From Callorhinchus milii (lineage: Eukaryota), in contig NW_024704742.1 of assembly GCF_018977255.1 (NCBI RefSeq), forward strand, positions 80,664,001 through 80,728,000: a stretch of 64,000 bases of DNA, read 5' to 3'. Positions 39,020 to 51,490 of this stretch are shown in pieces. The notes below the pieces were generated by a model. That model did not search any database and was not told the DNA's origin. It was given only the letters and a program-made list of their open reading frames with translations. Position 1 is the first letter of the stretch; each line of letters opens with the position of its first letter. The position numbers were made by a program, and so were the translations under genes.

Positions 39020-39610
39020 AAAGGTTTTCTGCATATGGTCCAGCTGTTGGAAATTTGTTTCTGTACCCAACAGCAAAACTCCAAATGAACAAATTAATTG
39101 GTACCTGAATCCAATTGAATAGTGCCTTATTCACACTTCCAAACACTAAACTGAGCTTCCTAGATTCTACAATAAAAAGGGTTCCGAGCAGCCACTCACA
39201 GGATGGAGCGTTCACAAAGCCCGACACTACCTTATGAACCTTATCACCTCTCACCCATTGTAGCTGTCAGATGAGAAGCTGCATGAACAAAGCTGTAGGC
39301 ACATTGACTAAAGCCAGATTTTATTTTATACAGAGGCAACTTCTGAAGAGCAGTGTCAGAACATTTGAGGCTTTCCAAGGTGGCAATCACTAACGATTCC
39401 AAAATATCAGTTGAAAGCTTGAGAGTCTCCTCAGTAATTAGGAACATGGCTGTCAAAACTGCTGCCACTTGTTCTCTCTGAGGATTGAAACTCCACTTAA
39501 TTTTAGCCCATAACACCATTTGGTTTTTCAAACAGACTTGTGGAAAGTTCTTGTGTTCATCATTTTTTAGTAGGTGATAACCTGGAAGCCTTTTTACTCC
39601 CCACAATCCT
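39020..39610 (-). mobile_element. Possible decayed hAT transposase core
   Basis: YHLLKNDE..KNQMVL..EETLK..KIKSGFSQCAYSFVHAASH/QLQWV resembles FSLxxDE..KEQMVL..IK....AxFVHCxxHxLQL. Confidence 0.4.
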
Positions 39611-39797
39611 TAAAAAGAAACCAGCTTCCAAATTAATACTGAATGTAAGAATTTTCCACCATTCTGTGTGATCTTAAATTTTCAGATCAAATGGTCTTAC
39701 AGGTAACAGTCAGTGAAACTTTAGCCTTCCCCTGCTGTGTTAGCAAAAAAAATGTGGTTCTATTATAGAAGTCACCATGTTGTGTGCTGTGCTGTAC

Positions 39798-40905
39798 TTT
39801 TTTTCTGGTCAGCCGGGTGTCTGACACATGTGGAAATCCATCACCATAATTAAGAGTATGCAAACCAAGCTAAGATTTCCATGCATCTCAAATGCACATG
39901 GAAATCCCAGAGATAGATTATTTGAATGGATGCGCACTCTGTCCCTGGAGGGATACATTCTGCTTACCTAATTCCTGGAAAGTATTAAGCACAGGTTGGC
40001 AAGAGTTAAGGCTTGGGGGCCCCAGAGTGTGTGTTGGGGTACTACTGGAGTTTAACCAACTAAAACCATATAGCTTGCCAATGGCTAGTGGTGGATAATA
40101 GGTACAATGAACTCCCTGCGCGCTTCCCAGTGGGCAACACATCTCAGCATGAAATTCGTGAGAGCATTGCCACCATTTTCCTGCCCGCAGCTCGGGCACA
40201 CATCGCTTCCCAGTGAGCAATGGTTCCACCAATTAGAGGTGCGGAGTTTTAGCAGCAGCTGTTTGCCTCTCTGCAGGCCAACCAAGATAGATTCCAGGCA
40301 CTGGACGTACAAATATGTGTTCACAAACTCGGACTCCAGGTAACTCATTCCAGCTTTCTGTCACCCCAAGCCTCAGTGTTTCCTCATCAACTATCTGGTG
40401 GGCATCTGCCTTCAGCATGGTGGGCAGACTTTTATAGGACAGCTTGTGATGTGCCAGCCACCTTGACGTTCTTGAGGTCCAAGTCCAATGCCTTGTACCA
40501 GACTTACTCAGCACCAGCTGCTCAATCCAGGACCTCATGTGAGGGGCCTTGGCAAATAGACGTGCTGGCTGTGAAATCGACTCTGCCTCCAGGGTGCTTA
40601 GTGACAGGTCAGTGTAGGCTGGAGCCCTCCCTCTCCTGCAACCGCTTCCCGTGTTTGCCACAAATCCTCCTCGCTGCTTGATCTTGCACTTTGCAGATGG
40701 TTCGGAGGAAGTCTCTTCGCTGCATCCCCAGGAGCTCAGATAGGTAAAGGAGAACTGTTTACACACAGATCTTGTATGAGACAAGCTTGACCTGCTTTGA
40801 GACCTTGTTGTCCTTGAAGAGGGAGGAACATAACCAAAGTGCCCTTCACCCCTTCTCAGCACAGACCTTCAGGAAAGTGTCTCGGCTGATGTTGGTGTCC
40901 AACTG
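39798..40905 (-). mobile_element. Non-LTR retrotransposon 3' portion, neither L2 nor CR1 (RTEX-like?)
   Basis: LDTNIS..KG*RAL..VKLVSYK..V*TVLLYLSELLG..KVQDQAARRICG; ARLFAKAPHMRSWIEQL..TWTSRTSRWL; LLKLRT..CPSC..LTNFMLRC..WEARR; then a 3' UTR and A-tract. Confidence 0.8.
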
Positions 40906-42636
40906 TGCTGGTTGAATTGTTGAGAAGAATTAGCACAGGTTTATATTATTGGTGTTTGATTGTGGGTGCTGTAAGCTGTATGTAAGTCTGAATTCAAGTC
41001 ACTGCCACTTATCGGTGCTCCTCGCATAAAATGTCATGAAAGTATAAAACAGATTGACTTTACAAGTCAATAGTTTATTGATGAGTTCAAATTAGCAATA
41101 ACTAAACAATTGTTAAATAAGAATATTAAAGGTTATGGAGATAAGCAGATAAATAGTATTAAAGTTTGATCGACTTAATGGAGGAAAAACCTACTCAAGA
41201 ATCAAAGAACATACCTAAGAAGTTATAAAGACCCCAGTACAATTTTTTTTACAAAAATTGTTAATTATATACCTGGCAGAGTAGAAATGCAGTGTATATG
41301 ATTGACAATATATTGTGAGTGTTCCAACACTTTTTGTAGGTGAACCTATTGAAAAGGAAAAAATGAATGCTAGAAAGTGGAAATGAAACCAAAAAAGATT
41401 TTTTATCTGTGTGGAAAAGGCAGCAGAATTGGGCTAAATAGATAACTTTTGCAGAGAGCCAGCACAGACTCAAGCAGCCAAATGGTCTATTCTATGGTCT
41501 CCTTCTGTATTCTAGTTCTATTGACAGGAGGTTGATTAACATCTGAAAACAGTAGGTTAACATTTTGGAGCTATGAAAGGTGTTCGGGTACTATACAAGG
41601 AAGAATGAACATTTCTAGCACAACAAAATACTCATCTCAAATTGGAGACTGTGCTCTCAGTTTTCTATCCCCTGAAGTGGCCGGAAAGTATGCTAATTTT
41701 ATCAAAAATGTAGATGTGCATAAGAAATTCCAACATATTGAGAGCTCCTAGCTATTTGACAAATTATCCATCTTCAAAGCTACGTCTAAGCATTATTACT
41801 TTGCATAAACCCAAAGTGACAATCTTGAACCAAAAAGGAGGAAAGCACATTATAACAATAATCTTACCATCTCACATCACAGCATCAAGCTGCTTTTTAA
41901 ATAATTCTAGTGCCCTGGTCTCAATCACATTTCCTGGCACCCTGTTCCATCCGTTTATCCATTTGCTTAAAGAAAAAACTTCCTGGTGTTGGTGCTGAAA
42001 TTGTCCTTTGCAACTCTAAACCCATTGAACTGGGTTTACTTTTTCAATTCCATTTAAAATAATGACACAATCACTAGCATGTACCTAAATTCACCCTCAC
42101 ATCTTTGACATGATTTACAGTATATGCAAATGATTTCAGCCTATCTTTAATATGTTGAGGAACATTTGTCTTTCTCAGTTAATGGGCTATGGTGGTTTTA
42201 ACAAAAGTACGTACACTTCCAATCGTGATGGCCTCTTTTCCCAGTATGCTCCAAGGTAGTTTAAGCTCCAGGGGCAGTATTTCATTTCAAATTGTGTAGC
42301 ATTTGACTCGAGTTTATAGCATTTCAGTTGATATTATTGCTCAAATAAAATGTATTAGCCTTTTCTGTCTTAAAAAAAACATCTAAAGAAGTGACCGTGA
42401 GCTCTGACCTTTTCATTCAGCCACACAATCTCTTTCAAGGCAGATTGAGTGTCCTAAACAGGATTGAGATACAATCACATCCCGGAAGTTCTTTGGAAAT
42501 CACCAGGCAAGGATAAGATATCCACTCATACTATTGTGCTGGAAATTTAGAATAAAACAAGGTTACTTCATACAGCAATCTCATTTCGTGTAAAACACAT
42601 ACTGAACATAATATTAATATAACACTAATAATAATA

Positions 42637-42893
42637 ATTCCAGGCAGGGCGAAACTTTGGGCAAGTTTCTTTATTCCAGACACCTAATAATAATCCCTCC
42701 AAAAAACAAAACAATAATAAATTGGTCATTTTCGATCCACGACTGTTTGTGGGACACTGCTGTGCGCAATTGGCTGCCGCATTTCGCCTGCAAATATGCA
42801 GTCAATTCACTTTACAGCATATTCTGTGAAGTGCTTTGAGACGTCTAGAAGATGTGAAAAGCGCTATATCAAATGCAAGACTTATTATTATTA
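42637..42893 (+). mobile_element. 5'-truncated tRNA-Ala SINE
   Basis: Starts within the B box (ATTCCAGGCAGGGCGAAAC); intact tail. Confidence 0.9.
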
Positions 42894-42917
42894 ATAATGT
42901 TATTAAAAATTATACAT

Positions 42918-43290
42918 TCATTTGATATAACATCTTTCACAGAGAGAGGATGTTTCAAAGCATATCACAGAATAATACTCTAAAACGTGACTGTGACTGC
43001 GTATTTTTGTAAGCGAACACAGTAGCCAACTTACATACAGCCATGACCCACAAACAGTACATACAGCCATGAAGTGAATGATAAATTTTATTTGGAAGAC
43101 TGTTGGCCAGGACACCAGGAAAAACTCCCTTCTCAAGATCAGTGTTTAACATCACTTAACATCTCCTAACAGCACTTCCACCAATGGAGCACTGCACTTG
43201 CGAGTCAGTCTAGAGTTCAAAGTCCTGACTTGCAGTTTGAACCTACAACCTTTTAACTCAGAGGTGAAAGTGCTATAAACTGAGCCGTTG
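42918..43290 (-). mobile_element. Deu-domain SINE
   Basis: TTGGCCAGGACACCAGG core; GAACCTACAACC..ACTCAGAGGTG..CTGAGCC head. Confidence 0.75.
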
Positions 43291-43609
43291 CACTCAATTC
43301 GGTATCCCATGAGGTGACACTCAACTATAATATTTCATAGAGACTTGATAGTGCACACTGTCCTTTCACCTTTGGACAGTTTTAATTCCATGAGATAAAG
43401 GCTAAAGTGATTAAGATTTGTTCCCTCTGTTGGCTCAGGAAATCCTACATGAAATAAGTTTGGCAGTCTGAACTAATGTTTCTATTGAGTGTGAATGCAG
43501 AGCAAGCAAATTGATGCCAATTGGAAATTTCATATTGGAACTTCAGGGAATTCTCTTCTTAAACTTAATTGTTTAGACAGAGTAAAAGGGAACCATGGCT
43601 CTCCATCTG

Positions 43610-43860
43610 GCTTGTGCCAAACAAGCAGTGGGAAGCTTGCCAGAAAGGGCTCTCAATGGCAAGTTGTGCGGTTTTAGCTAGTTAAACTCTAGACAATGCA
43701 CACTCAAGACTTGGCTCATGCCAACCTGTACTTAATGCTCTCCAGAATTTGGTACATGGGGTGAATCCTTCCATGCATTCCATTCACAAAACAGGGAAAT
43801 TTCCATGTGTAGGTGGCATACATATGTGGTCTGCTCCGGGACATACATACATATGTGATC
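43610..43860 (+). mobile_element. Putative 3' UTR of the unclassified non-LTR family
   Basis: GCAGTGGGAAGCTTGCC..CAATGGCAAG..TTTTAGCTAGTTAAACTC..TGCCAACCTGTACTTAAT. Confidence 0.7.
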
Positions 43861-44496
43861 AAGCGCTCCAGAGTGCTAACCCTTGTGAAGGGCACAATAT
43901 AAATGCAAATTGACGTTGTTGCTTTGGATGCATACCTGACTGAACCAAGAAAAATCTGTTTGCGCTGCATTTATCAGCACACACCAGGATGATACTGGGT
44001 GAGAAAAGTAAAAAATATGTTTTATTCCCAGCATTGACACTTCTCGCACTGAGCGTAAAACCTGACAAGAAAATTAGCCAGATTAGCCTTTTTTTAGAAA
44101 ACAAAATATTTCAGAACAGCAAAGTGAGTCATAAAGTGTGCAATTTTTGCCTCCTGGGAAAAATGAGTAATGTTTCTACCAAAGACGGTGTTAATGAGTC
44201 CAATGGCCTAATTAGCAGATGTTGAGGAAACAGTAAATGCCTGAGGGATAGAAAGAGGAAAAGGGGGAAGTTCTATGTATTCCAATCAGTTCCCATATCA
44301 GAGTAGAATAGTTTACTTTGTTGCCCTTGAGAATAAGCCACCATGCAAGGTGACTGTTCAAAAAATTTGCAGTGGGTGGACACATGCTTCTAAGTGAGTG
44401 ACTGGCTGACTGGACTCGATATCCCTTCTACCTTGTTTGTGGAATATTGCTCTTTGCAAATTGGCAGCTGCATTCACCCACTCATGCACAAAAATA

Positions 44497-45722
44497 AATA
44501 GAAACATAGAAATCTATCGAGCAGAAGGAGGCCGTTTGGCACATCAATCCTGCACCGGCTCACAGAGCAAGGAGATCACTTCAATCCCACCTCACCGTCA
44601 TATCCCCATACCTCTTCAAGCCCCTCTCTTTCATATGCCTGTCTGCTACCCTCTTGAAAGCCATAATGGACTCCACCTCCACCATCCTATTGAGCAGGGA
44701 GTTCCACACCCCAACAATTCTCTAGGTTGGGGGTCACCTCCCCACCCTCTACCCCATGCACCCCCACCCAGGTCAGAGTCAGGCTCGACCACTATTAAGC
44801 ACTCTGAGATGCTACCCTGCGTGGAGGGTGCTGTATAAGTGCAAGTTGTTGTTATAGGTAAAAAAATCCTTCTAAGTTCTTCTTTTACTGTTCTTATTGT
44901 TATCTTGTAACTATGTCCCCTAGTTACTGACTCTCCTATCAATGGAAATAACGTCTCCCTTTTTTCCCCAACAATACCCCTTACAATTTTGTATACCTTC
45001 TCTGCTCCAATTAAAACAGACAACAACAACAACAACTTGGATTTATATAGCGCCCTCCATGCTGGATGGCATCTCAGAGAGCTTCAAGACCCTTCCTGTC
45101 TCTCCAATCCTTCTTCATTACCACAGCCCTTCATTCCAAAATCATTTCCATAAACCTCCTCTGTCCCCCTTCTAAGGCTTTCACATCTTTTCAGAAGTCA
45201 GGTGTCCAGAACTGAATGTAATGCTCCAGTTGCAGCTTAACCAATGATTAATACAAAGAGTATTGTTGCTTTACTTTTGTACTCTATGTTCCTGTGTATG
45301 AAACACAGCATACTTTAAGCTTTCTTTGCAGCCTTTGTCATTTGTGATGCCAATGATCTAGGTACCTGGACTCCCAAATCCCTTTAGTCCTTGCCTCCTT
45401 GCAAGATACTGCCATTCAGCATATATTGCCTTCCCTCATTTTTCCTACTAAAATGAATCTCCTCACATTTCCCTTCATTGAACTTAATTTGTCACTGATC
45501 AGCCAATCGCACTCATCTGCTTAAATACTCTTGCAGTCTCTTGCCATCCTAGCTTGGTATTTGAAAACTTTGATAACATAACCTCTACATCCAAGTCAAG
45601 GTCATTAACGTATATAGAACAGAGGCGAGGCCCCAAGACATATTCTGGGCACGCCACAACCTTCCTCCAAATGGAAAAACAGCCCTCTTTGCTTTCTAGC
45701 CTTCAACCACCCTTCAATCCAA
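44497..45722 (-). mobile_element. Degraded CR1 with nested short L2 tails
   Basis: TAGAAACATAGAAA tail; VTRGHSYK and WLKARKQR homology. Confidence 0.8.
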
Positions 45723-46070
45723 GCTAACAACAACAATAACAATGCAATTATATTTGCAAAGTGCCTTTCACATCGGGAGGACTTACCAAGGTGCTGAACA
45801 TTGATGGATCGGACAAGCCACCCCATTTCCCTATTCCATGTGTCTCAATAACAACAACAAAATTACATTTGTATAGTGCCTTTCATATTGGGAGGATGTC
45901 CCAAGGCACTGGACAGTCAGGGTTTTGGACCCCAGCTGGGGGTTGGGATTGGGGAGGGTGAAGGGCATGTGGTGAAGCAAGATGATCGAAAGCATGGTTG
46001 AAGAGGAGGGTCTGCACTGCATTGGAGTCTCAGCACAGTTAGTGAGTGCAAAGTTCTAATGTGGGGTTTT

Positions 46071-46850
46071 AACAATAACAACAACAAAATTATACTTGTA
46101 AAGCGCCTTTCGCATCAGGAGGATGTCCCAAGGAGCTGGATAGACAGAGTCACGGACACGAGCTGGGGGTCAGGGTGGGGAAAGGTGGAGGCAGATGGAG
46201 AAGCAGGAAGATAGAAAGCATGGTCGAAGAGGAGGGGCTTGAGATGGGTCTTGAAGAAGGCAAGGGAAGGGACAAGCCGGAGGGACTGCAGGATGGAGTT
46301 CCAGCAGGTGTGGGCAGAGTGGCAGAAGCCCCACCCACCGATTATGGGAACATGAAGCAGGCCGGAGCCCGCTGAGCGGAGGGAACGAGCAGGATGGTAG
46401 GGGGTTAGGAGGTCGCAGAGCTAGGTGGGAGCAAGACCATGAAGGGCTTTGAAAGTGAGGAACAGGATCTTGAACTGTATGCTCTGTGTCATGGGAAGCC
46501 AATGGAGTCAGGTGAGGATGGGGGTGATAGGGTCATGGAGACTGGTGCGGAAGAGGACCTGGGATGCAGAGTTCTGGATGATCTGCAGTCTATGGAAGGA
46601 GAAGTTGGGGAGACCGACAAGCAAGGAGTTTGCATAGTCAAGCCTTAATGTAATGAATGTATGTATGAATGTTTCGGCGACCTGCGATGTAGAGTCGAGC
46701 GATGTTTCGAAGGTGGGGGAAGGCAGAGGGGATCATGGCGCAGATGTGGGGTAGAAAGGATAGTTGAGGGTCAGATAAGTCACCAAGGTTCTGGACTGGC
46801 TTAGAAAGGTGGAGTGTTCATTCATGGATGGTGATGCTATCAGTGCCTGA
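46071..46850 (-). mobile_element. L2 3' fragment
   Basis: ORF2 C-terminal homology plus stem-loop tail. Confidence 0.9.
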
Positions 46851-49747
46851 CAGCTTAAGTTTCTTCACCAATCTTCCATGCAGCACTTTATTAAATGATT
46901 CTTTGCCTTAATCTACATTTGCAGTTACTACTTCAAAGCACTATATTAAATTGGTGAATTAAATTACTCAAACAAGATCTGTCCTTCTCATGCTAGTCAC
47001 TACACTTCATAGTAAAATCCTGTGAAACACTTTGAGACGTCTCAGCAACATGATAATGTGGTATATCGAGATGCAAGGTTTATTTATAATTGTTACATCT
47101 AAGCAATGCCCCATATAAGAAGCCTGCTGTTTGTAACTGAAGTAAACACTTGGAGCATATCTCTTTCTTTAACCTCAGTCATAAGGATAGAATGTGTTGC
47201 TCCACTTTCACTGCCACCTTACTCTAAAGTCTAGACCATCCTCTGGTGACTAATGGCTGTAAAAATGGGCCTTGGGATAAATTAAAATGCAATAGCAATA
47301 GAAACTTAGAAGTATAGGATTATTTCTGCACATTTGCCCATCATGACTGTGTCACCCCTTCTATCCAAATCACCACCTTTCCCTGTTCCATGTTTCTTAA
47401 GTTTCTTCACCAATCTTCCAAGGGGCATCTTATCAAATGCTTTTTGGAAATCCAAATATACATCCATATAGTATTGCTGTGATTTACATTTGCTGTTACT
47501 ACTTCATAGAACTATATTAAATTGGTCAATTAAATTGCTCCAACAAGATTTGTTTTTTTCTATGTTGCCCTTTACCAACAGGAAATATTTGCCTTCACAT
47601 AGAGTCCTTCTCAAAGCTCTGCACAAAGACAGGGGCTGATATTGAGCAAGGGAGGAGGGGGAGAAGGGAGGAGATCACAGCTGTGGTCGAAGATATAGGC
47701 TTTTAGGTAGGAATTAAAGACAGAGAGGGGATGAGGTTTAAGGATAGAGAGAAGGAGTTCTAGAGATTAACATCATAGATGCTGTATTGTAGATTCCATT
47801 TCCAGCCTCTTCCGCATACCTCTTAAGCATTTTTTTTGATGTTCAGCTGCACATTGTGTTGCCCTTTTGAATGATTCTACTGACCAGCCTTGATAGCCAA
47901 TCTTGGTAACACGCCTAATTGTGTTGCTGTACAAAGAAAAGCAGTGCATGGATAACCTGTTTCAGGAGGTAATGTTGTGAATTATCCAAGCTACACACAG
48001 TCAAGTAGTTTGTGTTGTTGCATAACTTCATCATTATAGTCATAATCCCTGCATTTGATATAGTACCATTGGAACGTCATTGAAATGTCTGAAGTGCTTT
48101 ACAGGAATTATCGTAGATTGTAATAACTGTATATTTGTAGGATAGTGTTGTCCAATAGAAACCACACTGACTAGTCACAGTTGTGACTAGGTTGACACCA
48201 TTTTAGCTACAATGCACTGATTTTAGTAGTAAATGCCTTTCATGCACTCACCCAATACAGGTAAACCTACTTTGTTTGTATGTTTACATGTATATTTACT
48301 TAACAAACATCTACTTCACAAACATCTACCGTCATTCAGTGGGAAGCTAAGCAAACTTCTCTTTATTTTTCTTTCGCATGACTCGCCAGACTCACCCTTG
48401 CTCTCCATCCAGAACTCAGTTGGATATTGTTTTCCATTTGCCATGACATGTCCTGTCCTATTGGAGTTGATCATTGTTGGCTGGGCTTAATGTATTCTGC
48501 TGGCCTGGAGTGGTTATTCAGATTGGTCTACCTGACCACAATGGACAGCTCCCCTCTCCATACAATATTGCTGGTGTTTCCATGGTGCTGAAATCCAAGT
48601 TTTCACCTGTGTTATGAATTATTTTAGCAATTAACCAATAAGCAATAACCAAGGAGTTAAAGCACACACAATGATCCCAAAACACTCATACACACTGATT
48701 TTCCTCTTACCATTTTACCAACAAAAACACAAAAAGGTCAAAGTGCACATGCATACGCTGTACGAATATAAGTATTGAGATTGCATGCACATCGATAGTG
48801 TCTATTACACATTTTTCAGTTACACATTAACAACACAATTTCACCACATTTGGATCCCCAGTTCCCACATGTTAGTGGCTAACATATTCACAACAATCCT
48901 GTTGTAGGAGAATTCAGCAGTCAATTTTCACAGACCAATGTCCCATAAACTTGAAGCAAGTGATCAATTTTAACTGGGGGGATTGCTGGCCGGGACATCA
49001 GGAGAAACTCAGGGAGGTCTTTAATGTTGAACCTGAACAGGCAGAGAGAATTTCAGGAGGTCTCATCAGGTTTCACCTCCAACAATGAGGCAAACCTCTA
49101 GGATTGCATTACAGTGTCAGCCTGGGGTGTGTAAACTAGAAATCCTGATATTGCCTCTTGAAGAGAGGTGCTCTTCCTGTCTATCCTAACCCATGGTAAA
49201 ATGAATGAGTAGATGTGAGGTTCTTCCATGTGTGAATGAGCCTGAATGGTATGATGATTTGCAAATCCCTGAAATTAACACAACTGGCATGTAATATCCT
49301 AAAAATCACATTTCATTCACAATTGAATTTTTGAGACGATACGGTTCGTGCACAAAGATGATGTGTAGTGTAATGATAGTGACTCCTTTCTCCTAATACA
49401 ATTTTTTGTTGAGTGTAACTTTTCTCACAGTTTCTCTGAACGTGCTCATCTGTGTGTGACCAAGTTATCCCCTGAAGCCTTCATGATGAAACTGGAATCC
49501 ATGGGAGTACATGACCAAATGTTGGATTTTATGTGGAATGTTTATTCCAGCTCCAAGATCTGGGAAAAGGTTGACACCCAAGGGCGGGGGTGGGGGGGTG
49601 AAGCAATGTTGGCTATTGTAACTTACCCTAATAGATGTATTCACAAATATATAGTCAATTCACTTTACACTTTATTCTGTGAAGTGCTTTGAGATGTCGA
49701 GAAGACGTGAAAAGCACTATATCAAATGTAATGATCATTATTATTAT

Positions 49748-50130
49748 AATGACTTGTTGGATGGCACTGAGTGGGATGGAATTTGTATATCTGCGCCAGG
49801 TCTTCTAACAGGATTGTGGCATATCTGTTTGCGGATGATATTGTGCTGCTGGTGAACTCATCTGGGGACCTTCTGCACTCCACCCAACATATTAAACATT
49901 GGGCCAACTGGCCAATTTGTAAAGTCCAAATCAAGCAGTGAGGTGGAGTTGTGGCAAACACGGGAAGCAGCGGCAGGGAGGGAGGGCTCTGGCCGATACT
50001 GACCTGTCACTAAGCACCTTGGGCGTGGAGGCAGCTTCACACAGGCAGGTCTATTTGCCAAGTCCCCTCACATGACGACTTGGATTAAGCAGCTGGTGCT
50101 TAATAAGTCTGGTACATGACATTAGACTTT
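49748..50130 (+). mobile_element. RT-core fragment of the unclassified non-LTR family
   Basis: NDLLDG..APGL/SNRIVAYLFADDIVLLVNSSGDL..IKHWANW, followed by DNA matching 40480-40700 in inverted orientation. Confidence 0.85.
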
Positions 50131-50294
50131 AATTAGTACTTAAACCAACCGATGAGTAGAAATTCCATCTGAGTTTAAATTCACTCTATGTTTAAATGAA
50201 TATAGCATTTCAGATAATGCAAAATTTGGTTATTTCTTAAATTCTCTGATATGTGTTTTCTGCAGTTCTGCAGTTCTTAGAGAATTTACAGAAA

Positions 50295-51490
50295 ATAATA
50301 ATCCTTGCATTTCAATATATGGCCTTATCACATTGTCAAAGCATCTGAAATCACTTCACAGGATATACCGCAAAGTATAGTGACTATGTATTTTGTGGGC
50401 GAATGCAGCAGAAAAATTGTGGACAGCAATGTCCCACAAACTACCATGGAGTGAGTGACCAATTTTATTTAGGGGGTTGTTGGACACCAGAAGAAATTCC
50501 TTTCACTTCTCAACTAGTTCTATAGAATCTTTCACATCCACCTATACAGGCAGATGGGATTTTGTTTTAACATCACATTTCAAGAATGGTACCTACAACA
50601 ATGACTGTGCGAGTTTCAAGCCTGGAGATGGGGCTTGAACCCACAACAACAACAACAACAACAAGATTCCATTTATTAAGCGCCTTTCATGTCGGGAGGA
50701 CGTCCCAAGGCGCTGTACAGTTGGGTCAGGACCCGAGCATTGGGGGAAATGGTCAGGGTGAGGGGAGGAAAGGGAGGGAGCGAGGAGGGGGTAGAGAGTC
50801 GACAGGGGAGCTGAAGGCACGGTCAAAGAGAAAGGTCTTGAGACCGGCCTTGAAGGAGGAAAGAGAGGAGGCGGCGAAGGAACTCGGGGATAGAGTTCCA
50901 GAGCCTGGGGGCTGAGAGGCTGAAGGCCCGGCCACCGATGGTAGGGCGGTTGGGGCGGGGGATGTGGAGTAGACCGGAGCCAAAGGAACGGAGGGTACGG
51001 GCAGGTAGGTAGGGGGATAGTAAGTCGGAGAGGTAGGAGGGAGCAAGGCCGTGAATGGCCTTGTAGGTGAGGGTGAGGATCTTGAATTCGATCCTCTGGG
51101 GGATGGGGAGCCAGTGGAGGCGAGCGAGGGTGGGAGTGATGTGTTCCCGAAGCCTGGTGCGGGACAGTACACGAGCTGCAGAGTTCTGAATGACCTGCAG
51201 CTTGTGGAAAGAGGTGCCGGGAAGGCCGGCGAGGAGAGAGTTCCCGTAGTCCAGCTTTGAGGTGATAAAGGCGTGGACCAGAGTTTCAGCAGCGTGAGGG
51301 GTGAGGTAGTGCCGTAGACTGGCGATATTCCAGAGGTGATGGAAGGTGGTGCCAGTTGTGGCGCGGATATGAGGGAGAAAGGACAGCTCAGGGTCGAACA
51401 GAACGCCGGGGTTCCTGACTGGCTTTGAGAGGTTTAGAGTGCAACCCACAACTCTGACTCAGAGGTAAGAGTGCGACCAACTGAGCCTGA
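50295..51490 (-). mobile_element. Deu-domain SINE split by an L2 insertion
   Basis: SINE head continues across the L2: GGGCTTGAACCCACAAC ... AACCCACAACTCTGACTCAGAGG. Confidence 0.8.
50648..51442 (-). mobile_element. Young L2 3' fragment with 10-bp TSD
   Basis: 208-aa open frame; AACCCACAAC at 50638-50647 and 51443-51452. Confidence 0.96.

Noticed and set aside
48396..48606. Minus-strand segment with cag| and AGG|gtgagt borders
   Set aside because: Stops in all frames, weak pyrimidine tract, and no recognisable product.
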